Source: Verrucomicrobiota bacterium
GTDB taxonomy: Bacteria; Verrucomicrobiota; Verrucomicrobiia; Limisphaerales; Palsa-1400
Reading direction: 5' to 3'
NCBI GenBank assembly: GCA_049510745.1
Contig: JBEKYR010000003.1
Span: 189,269 to 253,268 of the forward strand
DNA: 64,000 nt
Shown: piece after piece, positions 57,183-64,000 of the stretch
Numbering within the stretch: the first letter of the stretch is position 1
How the letters are laid out: each line of letters starts with the position of its first letter
Program-made: the position numbers and the translations under genes
The notes under the pieces: generated by a model
What the model was told of the DNA's origin: nothing
The model's input: only the letters and a program-made list of their open reading frames with translations
Databases searched by the model: none

Positions 57183-58493
57183 TCATGGCTCGGCATTGAT
57201 CGCAGCAGCGCGTTGGCCGCAGTTTGGCAACCTCCCTTTGATCATTTCCGACATCCAAGCCGGAATCGTCGCAACAAGCAGCATCACGAGCATGGCAAAA
57301 AGCGCCCAACTGAAAAGCGCGGCGAATGGAACGGTCAACCTTCGAAAAAGCTGGCCAGCAAGCGCAATCCAGTTGGTCCACATCGCGGCAATGACGCACC
57401 AAAGAGCCCCGGTTGCCAGCCGTTTCGGCGCGTGGCCATCCTTGATCCAGTTGAGCAGCTGCGGGACGGTCAGCAATAGAAAGATGAACCGATAATTGAA
57501 GTTGCTTCCCAGCAGAAAAGTGCCCGCGTAAACCGAGGCGCCGATGCGAAAGGCGTCCATTTGCCGGGTGGGGGCGGTTGTTGGCTGACATCGTCGCAAA
57601 CCGCACAGGACGGACCACGCCAAAACGATGACCGTCATTCCAAGACCGAGAGCAAAGATCCAGGGCAGATATCCAGGATGCTGGCCTCGAAAACGAAGTG
57701 AATCCTCGATCTTGTAAGCGAACGTGAGACACCCATAGGCGGCAAACGGCGGACGAGGAGTTGACTTGGATATCTGACGGATGTCGGGAAGGGTAAAAAG
57801 AACGTAGGCCAAAAAGATGACGGCCACGAGACTGATAGTGATGAAGGCCAGTCGTTTTCGCTCCCGCAATGCCACCAAAAGTGAGAATATGGGATATAAC
57901 TTAAGAAACCCGGCCAGCAAAAGCAGGCCATATGCAATGGGACGGCGAGAGGGTAGCAATAAGACAACACACGCCAGAAGCGCGAAGATGATGAGATCAC
58001 AATTGCCCCTTTCCACCGCCAGCATCGCCGCAGGCGAGCACAAAAGCAGCGCGTATAACCACCCCTCGCCCGGTGTCAGACGGCCTATGACCAAGAACAC
58101 CGACAGCCAGAACGCGGCCACTGCACAGCAGGCCAGCATCACGGTATGCCTTACTCCCAATCCCAAATGGGATGGGAGCAGCCAAAGCCGCGGGTAATTG
58201 AGGATCGTGCCGGAAGGGTCTCCCGGGTTGTCATAAAGCGGGTCCCGCCCCATCCGCACGCTTTCCCACGCGCCCGTGATGGACCGCGCGTCCACAAACC
58301 CCGGACTTCGAGATTCGACACCCAGCCAACGCCAGGCTTTAACGGCAACACCGCCATACCCTGCCAGACAGATCATCACCACGCACGAGAACAGCGCGGC
58401 GGCCACGATCATGCGCCCGTCCAACCGCGGAGGCCGTTCCAGCCAGCCGGATTGGCGATTTGAGCCGAGACTACTATTCTGCGCGGTTGACAT
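57183..58493 (-). CDS. GT-C fold membrane glycosyltransferase (GT87/DUF2029-like)
   Basis: FVDARSIT, LNYPRLW, AVERGNCD, LKLYP, NFNYRFIFL; multi-TM. Confidence 0.65.
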   Translation of the reverse strand: MSTAQNSSLGSNRQSGWLERPPRLDGRMIVAAALFSCVVMICLAGYGGVAVKAWRWLGVESRSPGFVDARSITGAWESVRMGRDPLYDNPGDPSGTILNYPRLWLLPSHLGLGVRHTVMLACCAVAAFWLSVFLVIGRLTPGEGWLYALLLCSPAAMLAVERGNCDLIIFALLACVVLLLPSRRPIAYGLLLLAGFLKLYPIFSLLVALRERKRLAFITISLVAVIFLAYVLFTLPDIRQISKSTPRPPFAAYGCLTFAYKIEDSLRFRGQHPGYLPWIFALGLGMTVIVLAWSVLCGLRRCQPTTAPTRQMDAFRIGASVYAGTFLLGSNFNYRFIFLLLTVPQLLNWIKDGHAPKRLATGALWCVIAAMWTNWIALAGQLFRRLTVPFAALFSWALFAMLVMLLVATIPAWMSEMIKGRLPNCGQRAAAINAEP

Positions 58494-58704
58494 GAACACC
58501 CAATAACAGTTTAAGAGGGGGGCCGTCAATGGTTTTGTCAAACAGCGGGGATTAAGGCGCCTTCTCCCTCGCCCGGAGTGTGGAGGCTTTCCTCAGTTTT
58601 TGTGCCCTGTTTCTGTTGGCCCCGCCCTGTGCCACAGTCTGTCTCTGCGGACTGGGTGCCAATTATTCTTGCGTTCACCACGATGCGTCTCGAATATCCA
58701 GGCA

Positions 58705-59445
58705 ATGAACCCTGGCAACGGCCCCGGACCGCGACCCAAACTTGGAGTGACAGTGCCCTTGGCAAATGAAGAAGGCACGATCAATCGCTTCGTGGACGCG
58801 GTGCTGCTTCATTTACAGGGGCAAGACCGGCTCTACTGCGTGATGGACAACGTTTGCAGGGATCGGACGAAGGCGATCATCTCGGAGCGGGCGGCAGCGG
58901 ACCCGCGGGTACTGTTAGTATGGTCGCCCGGGAACCGGTGCGTGGTGGACGCCTATTTTGCAGGATACCGCGCGGCCTTTGGCGAGGGTTGCGAATGGAT
59001 TTTGGAGATGGACGGCGGATTCAGCCATTTGCCCGAACAGATACCGCAGTTTATTGAGGCGATGGAGCAGGGTTTTGACTATGTGGGGGGCAGCCGTTAC
59101 CTGCCGGGAGGCAGGCACGACAGCCCGGTGAGCCGGGTCATCGTCAGCCGGGGCGGCACGGTTTTGGCGAAGCTTTTTCTCGGATCGAAAATGAGCGACA
59201 TGACCAGCGGATTCGAGTGCTTCAACCGCAAGGCCATGGAAGTGGTTCTGCGACAAGGGGTCGAGAGCAAGGCGAATTTCTTTCAAACCGAAATTCGGCA
59301 CATGATGCACGATTTGCGCTGGCACGAGGTGCCGATTCGCTATCACAATGAGAATTATCGAATCGGGCGCAGCAGCATTCGCGAAGCATTTCGGATTCTG
59401 TGGAAACTACGCGCCACGGCACGAATCAAATGGAGGAACCATTGA
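58705..59445 (+). CDS. GT2 polyprenol-phosphate glycosyltransferase-like
   Basis: VPLANEE, EMDGGFSHLP, GSRY, DMTSGFECF, FFQTE. Confidence 0.82.
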   Translation: MNPGNGPGPRPKLGVTVPLANEEGTINRFVDAVLLHLQGQDRLYCVMDNVCRDRTKAIISERAAADPRVLLVWSPGNRCVVDAYFAGYRAAFGEGCEWILEMDGGFSHLPEQIPQFIEAMEQGFDYVGGSRYLPGGRHDSPVSRVIVSRGGTVLAKLFLGSKMSDMTSGFECFNRKAMEVVLRQGVESKANFFQTEIRHMMHDLRWHEVPIRYHNENYRIGRSSIREAFRILWKLRATARIKWRNH

Positions 59446-60470
59446 ATCAAAACCAGTTTTATGCGGTCGTCACCACCATTCAAGCGCCGACGGCCGCCAT
59501 GCGCAGGCTCGCGCGGGTCGTTGGCGGATGCGGGGGGCGATTGGTCGTGGTGGGAGACAAAAAGGGGCCGGCGGCTTACCCGGTTCGCGAGGTGGAGTTG
59601 GTGACGCTGGAGCAGCAATTGAAGATGCCGCTGCGTCTGCCGCGCCTGCTTCCGGTCGGTCATTACGTGCGGAAGAACCTGGGCTATCTCCTGGCAATGA
59701 GCCGCCAGGCGCCCTGCATTTACGAGACCGATGACGACAACGCCCCGACGGCCCGATGGAGACCACGCGTCCGAAGTGTGAAGGCAATTCCGGTGCGCGG
59801 TTCGGGTTGGCACAACGTGTATGGCCATTTCAGCAGCGAGCATGTCTGGCCGCGCGGGTTTCCGTTGGAAGAGGTGGAAGCCTCGCGGGCTTGGAAGCCG
59901 CGCGCCGGTTCCCCCGCGAAGGTGGCCAACAGCCCGATCCAGCAGGGATTGGCCGACGGCAACCCTGATGTGGATGCAGTCTGGCGATTGCTGCTGTCCC
60001 GCGACGTTCGGTTCAAGAGCAGGTCCAGCCTGGCGTTGGGGCGCGGGGCGTGGTGTCCGTTTAACAGCCAAAACACGTGGTGGTGGCCCGAGGCGTACGC
60101 GCTGATGTATCTGCCAAGTTTTTGCACCTTCCGCATGACGGATATTTGGCGGAGTTTTGTGGCCCAACGCTGCCTTTGGGAAATGGATGGCGCGCTGGCC
60201 TTTCACGCCCCGGATGTCATTCAAGACCGGAACGAGCACAACCTGCTGCGGGATTTTCAGGATGAAGTGCCCGGATACATCAACAATGCCCGCATTTGCG
60301 CGGTGCTGGAAGGCGTGAAACTGGAACCCGGCAAAGAGGCGGCGGGCGCGAACCTGAGGCGCTGTTACGAAGCCTTGGTCCGGGAGGCAGTATTTCCCGG
60401 CAAGGAACTGCGCCTGGTGGATGCATGGCTCACGGATTTGAAGAGGATTTCGCGAGGCCTGGCTGTGTGA
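59442..60470 (+). CDS. STELLO/DUF288-like (GT75-related) protein
   Basis: VVTTIQAPT, VVVGDKKGP, RKNLGYL, IYETDDDN, WPRGFPL, QQGLADGNPDVDA, PFNSQNT, FRMTDIWR; TTG start with GGAGG, overlapping the upstream stop. Confidence 0.8.
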   Translation: MNQNQFYAVVTTIQAPTAAMRRLARVVGGCGGRLVVVGDKKGPAAYPVREVELVTLEQQLKMPLRLPRLLPVGHYVRKNLGYLLAMSRQAPCIYETDDDNAPTARWRPRVRSVKAIPVRGSGWHNVYGHFSSEHVWPRGFPLEEVEASRAWKPRAGSPAKVANSPIQQGLADGNPDVDAVWRLLLSRDVRFKSRSSLALGRGAWCPFNSQNTWWWPEAYALMYLPSFCTFRMTDIWRSFVAQRCLWEMDGALAFHAPDVIQDRNEHNLLRDFQDEVPGYINNARICAVLEGVKLEPGKEAAGANLRRCYEALVREAVFPGKELRLVDAWLTDLKRISRGLAV

Positions 60471-60582
60471 CGCATGCACCATCCTCCAGTTTTTAAGAAC
60501 GACAGCTTTTCGCGGCGGGGACAAACGCGGTGATTTAAACGTATGTCTCACGGAAATTTCAACGGAAGACCGATCCATTGCC

Positions 60583-61356
60583 ATGATTGAGGCCAACACC
60601 GCCAATGTTCTGGGAGTCGCGGTCAGCCCGATCAACATGGAGATCGCGGTCGAGCGGATCGCGCGGGCCTTGGAGAAAAGGGAGAAGGGTTATATTTGTG
60701 TGACCGGAGTGCATGGCGTGTCCGAAGCGCAGTCGGACGCCGGGTTTCGGCAAATCCTCAACCGGGCTTTTCTTTGCACGCCCGACGGCATGCCGCTGGT
60801 CTGGGTGGGCCGCTGGCAAGGGCAACGGCAGATGGACCGCGTTTATGGGCCGGACCTGATGCTGGCGGTGATGCAGCTTTCGGAACAGACGGGTTGGCGG
60901 CACTTCTTTTACGGCGGCGCCAATGGGACGGCGGCAGCATTGAGGCAAAGACTGTTGGAGCGGTTTCCCAAGTTGCAGGTCGTGGGAACGCATGAGCCGC
61001 CGTTTCGGCCCTTGAACGCGGCCGAGGAGGAGAGCCTCAAAGAGAGCATCCGCCTGGCCCGGCCCGACGTGATGTGGATCGGGTTGAGCACGCCAAAACA
61101 AGAGCGGTTCATGGCCGAGCATTTGCAGAAGCTGGAGGCGACGCTGATGGTTGGCGTCGGGGCGGCCTTCGATTTTCACGCGGGCAAGGTGCGGCAGGCG
61201 CCGCGCTGGATGCAGCGTTGCGGGCTGGAATGGTTATTCCGGCTGGGCTGCGAGCCGCGCCGTCTTTGGAAACGCTATTTGAAGAACAATCCGTTGTTCG
61301 TGTGGCGCATCTTCTGCCAGTTTGCGGGCCTGAAAAAATTTCCTTTGAATGAATGA
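60583..61356 (+). CDS. WecB/TagA/CpsF family glycosyltransferase
   Basis: TPDGMPLVW, RVYGPDL, IGLSTPKQE, GVGAAFDF, QRCGLEWLFRL..EPRRLWKRY. Confidence 0.92.
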   Translation: MIEANTANVLGVAVSPINMEIAVERIARALEKREKGYICVTGVHGVSEAQSDAGFRQILNRAFLCTPDGMPLVWVGRWQGQRQMDRVYGPDLMLAVMQLSEQTGWRHFFYGGANGTAAALRQRLLERFPKLQVVGTHEPPFRPLNAAEEESLKESIRLARPDVMWIGLSTPKQERFMAEHLQKLEATLMVGVGAAFDFHAGKVRQAPRWMQRCGLEWLFRLGCEPRRLWKRYLKNNPLFVWRIFCQFAGLKKFPLNE

Positions 61357-61428
61357 GCGCCCCGGCGTCGGCGGTTGCGGCTGGAGCAATTTCATGAAAA
61401 CTGTAGCCGCTGAGGCGTAGGGGTTTTG

Positions 61429-61490
61429 GGGAGTGCGGGCGCCCTCGCCCGCCGTGTTCGGCGCCTCGCCGAACACATTTTCCGCCGAAC
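61429..61490. repeat. REP-like nested palindromes
   Basis: GCGGGCG..CGCCCGC and GTGTTCGGCG.CGCCGAACAC, with a second CGCCGAACAC. Confidence 0.55.
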
Positions 61491-61532
61491 ACCGGCTACA
61501 CTATTTCTTAAACCGCTCTAATCCAATCTTTC

Positions 61533-61588
61533 ATTCATTGATTCATTGATTCACTGATTCACTGATTCACTGATTCGCTTATTCATTC
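61533..61588. repeat. (ATTCAYTG)n micro-array, about 7 units
   Basis: Direct reading; overlaps the stop of the SBBP gene; same unit as 21958-21985. Confidence 0.9.
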
Positions 61589-63052
61589 TCTTATAAGGTA
61601 AAAGCGCCGGTCGAACGCGGGGGCGTTCGTGTCGTCGTATTGCGCCACGCCGTTGGTGTCGGCCGTGACGTTGCCGAGGTCCTGCCAGGTTTGCAAGTTC
61701 GTGCTGGCTTGCACGTCGAAGCTCTCGCCGGACAACCCTTGCGCCTGCAAAAGGATCGTGCCGTCCGAACGGCGTTGGATCGTCACCGGCGAGTATTTGA
61801 TGAGCACCATTTCGGTATAACCGTTTGTCTCAGTCTCATACCCGGCCACATAGACGCTTCCGGCGTTGTCCACCTCAATCGCGTTGCCCGCGTCATTCCC
61901 ATGCCCGGGGCCGTCATACCGCCGCACCCAAAGCTGATTGCCGTTGCTGTCATACTTGATCGTGACAATATCGTTGCCTGTAGTCGCATTCGTGGAGAAT
62001 CCCGTCACGTAGGCATTGTCGCCCTGATCAACGGCAATGGAAGTGGCCGTGCCATTCCCCACCGGAGTCGTCGGATAAAAGTTTGTCCATACGTAGCCTC
62101 CGTTCGTGTCCAGCTTGTAGGTTGCATAGCTATATTGATCCGGGTATGTGTACGCAAATCCTCCTGTTAAGAGGAGGTTGCCTTGACTGTCGAGCGCAAT
62201 TCCACATGCCACGCTGGCAATGCTCCCCGTTGGATTATCAGCAATGGCTCCACCTACACCATTGCTATTGTATACATATGTAACATAAGGCAATGAAGGT
62301 GCGCCGATATAATTTGCTTCAATGTAAACGTTATTGAATGAGCCAAGCAGAACTCCAACCACCTGAACATCATATTCTTCGGGGCCAGGTGAATCCACTT
62401 CCCAAAGCTGTTGGCCGTTCATGTCATATTTTATCATCCACATGTCTGTTTGAACGTTAAACCGAGGCACAGTAACGCCCTCCATTCCAGCGACATAAAC
62501 ATTACTGGACGAATCCACCGCCATTGCCTGTGACAAATTCGGCAATCCTTGGTAGGTCCTCGTCTGTGACCATAAGTTGCTTCCTGTTGGATTCAGCTTT
62601 ATCGTCGTAAAGTTATTTGAGGCGCCAGTGATATAGATGTTCTGGCCGGGGTCGGCCACGATAGCTTGCCCGCTGTACGGCTCGGTCCACAGCAAATTCC
62701 CGTTGGCATCATATTTCACTGTCACTGCACTTCCAGTTACAAGAACATTGTTGCCGCTGTCCAATGCAAATCCCGTCGGACTGGCTGTCGGAAAATTTGT
62801 CGAGTCATATCGCGCCGCCCAAAGCTGGCTGCCGCTGGGGGTGTACTTTACCACGACATATCCCGTGTTCGTATTAGCGTTTGCCGAAACTCCCAGCACA
62901 TAGATATTTCCGGAGGAATCAAGCGCCATTTTCAACGCCTGGTGGTTGCCATTGGCAATCCCGTTGTTATATTTTGCCACCCATGCCTGTTGTATCTGCG
63001 CGAATGCGGGGGTGCCCACAAAAGCAAACAGGATGATTAGCCGCAAACACAT
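61583..63052 (-). CDS. Secreted SBBP-type beta-propeller protein with RFY-type C-terminal domain
   Basis: Signal peptide AFAQ; repeats (A/V)D..GNxYVTG...KYD.NG..LW; tail FDVQASTNLQTW...RRFY. Confidence 0.85.
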   Translation of the reverse strand: MCLRLIILFAFVGTPAFAQIQQAWVAKYNNGIANGNHQALKMALDSSGNIYVLGVSANANTNTGYVVVKYTPSGSQLWAARYDSTNFPTASPTGFALDSGNNVLVTGSAVTVKYDANGNLLWTEPYSGQAIVADPGQNIYITGASNNFTTIKLNPTGSNLWSQTRTYQGLPNLSQAMAVDSSSNVYVAGMEGVTVPRFNVQTDMWMIKYDMNGQQLWEVDSPGPEEYDVQVVGVLLGSFNNVYIEANYIGAPSLPYVTYVYNSNGVGGAIADNPTGSIASVACGIALDSQGNLLLTGGFAYTYPDQYSYATYKLDTNGGYVWTNFYPTTPVGNGTATSIAVDQGDNAYVTGFSTNATTGNDIVTIKYDSNGNQLWVRRYDGPGHGNDAGNAIEVDNAGSVYVAGYETETNGYTEMVLIKYSPVTIQRRSDGTILLQAQGLSGESFDVQASTNLQTWQDLGNVTADTNGVAQYDDTNAPAFDRRFYLIRE

Positions 63053-63109
63053 AGATTCAAGAATTCCTTCTTTGTGATCTTTGCACTGCAATCCATCAGA
63101 ATCAAGCAT

Positions 63110-63259
63110 TTCCGGCAAGATTTTCTCCGGCAGAGGCTGAGAGCGCGGAAAAAGAGTTTTGACAGGATGGACAGGATGAAGGGGGAATTCTCTTTTCTGA
63201 ATCCATTCTTAATCCTGTTCATCCTGTCCGTCTTTTTTTGGTTGCGGCTGGCCGCGCTG
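63110..63259. repeat. Dispersed palindromic element, copy 2 (2+2 nine-mer arms)
   Basis: Near-identical to 15161-15329, one 9-mer shorter on each arm. Confidence 0.9.
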
Positions 63260-63671
63260 GGTTGTTCTGCGCCCTTCAAAAAAGGTACAAAAAGACTTGT
63301 TTATACAGAAATCTGTGTCATATTCCACACGTGCGAGCACTCGCTCTTTGACATAAAGCGGAGTCGCCGGGAAACCTCCTGCCCCTCGCCGCAGGAAAAG
63401 CCCCAGGCATGTGACGGGATTTGATACGGGCTTGTGACGGCCTATGTTACGGTTTAAGTCCCTTGTTATCAACGATTGTGACGGGTGTGACGCCTTTTTC
63501 GACCCCAAGGGTGTGCAGATGCCTGAATGGCCCAAGCCAGGGAGATGAGTTTTGCCACAAAGGAACATAAGGAGCACATAGGCAGGAACTTATATTCTTT
63601 TCTTTGTGATCTCTGTCATCACTTGCGGCAATCTCCTCTTTGCTTGCGGCTCTGCGGCTTACGCGCTCCTC

Positions 63672-63788
63672 GTCCGCCGCCCTGTCCGCCATCCAGTCCG
63701 CCAAAGCTCGGCCCCGCCGAGCGACGGCGGAAGCTCAGTCCCCCGGAGCGACGGCGGACCCGTCCACCATAGCTTTAGCGACGGCGGA
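63672..63788. repeat. Nested REP-like palindromes
   Basis: GTCCGCC x3 (63672, 63684, 63696) and AGCGACGGCGGA x3 (63720, 63746, 63777). Confidence 0.7.
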
Positions 63789-63801
63789 TTGGCCCCGCGT
63801 C

Positions 63802-63870
63802 AAATCAAGCCGATTTAAGGTGATTTAAGCTAATTTAAGGTAGTTTAGGTAATTTAAGGTAAATCAAGCC
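63802..63870. repeat. Degenerate 10-mer tandem array
   Basis: AAATCAAGCC, five RATTTAAGGT-like units, then AAATCAAGCC again. Confidence 0.8.
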
Positions 63871-64000
63871 CCCCTCTCCCCCATCGATTTCGTAAGTTGA
63901 TTTAGCGGTTTTTACCTTATGCCATAAGAATCAAGGGGTTAAGATCGGGAGGGGCACTTTCGCATTGGCAGAGGATTTTCTTTTTCGCTTGCCATCTGGC

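Noticed and set aside
63802..63870. CRISPR array
   Set aside because: Units are about 10 bp, contiguous and without spacers; no cas genes. The same applies to the 8-mer and 9-mer arrays.
63343..64000. rRNA operon leader
   Set aside because: A boxA-like motif is present but no 16S sequence appears in the remaining 650 bp.

Overview
A 64-kb, GC-rich bacterial chromosomal segment. Gene content and style (exosortase, TIGR03790-like protein, secreted proteins ending in an RFY tail, REP-like elements) suggest Verrucomicrobiota; this is inference. In order it carries: the end of rfbB, then a sigma-54-type promoter ahead of an SDR, an exosortase and a giant TPR lipoprotein; an FN3 protein and a Wza-like exporter; an Rrf2 regulator divergent from a porin-sbp-cysTWA sulfate operon; an NHL-repeat islet; a GH51 arabinofuranosidase and an MBL hydrolase; a small Mu-phage-derived module (repressor, degenerate MuB-like ATPase, Gam); an anion transporter; ilvD; moeA and pilB; a tandem thymidylate-kinase-like pair with a ROK kinase and Ppx; a beta-CASP nuclease; DUF1573-rhodanese-MauE; proA; a long mosaic polysaccharide biosynthesis region around nadE; and a repeat-rich end. 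The strongest observations are five. (1) A clear fluoride (crcB-type) riboswitch sits directly upstream of an ilvD that carries an inserted SnoaL/NTF2-like domain. (2) The Tmk-like pair (one intact P-loop, one K-to-R) beside ROK and Ppx suggests a heteromeric polyphosphate kinase locus. (3) There is an unannotated ~120-nt structured, GU-rich sRNA candidate. (4) The gam module has no transposase but keeps an operator triplet and a direct-repeat-bounded passenger gene. (5) A dispersed palindromic element has 9-mer arms that change copy number symmetrically between its two copies. No rRNA, tRNA, CRISPR array or intact transposase was recognised. All calls come from reading motifs by eye; no searches were run.
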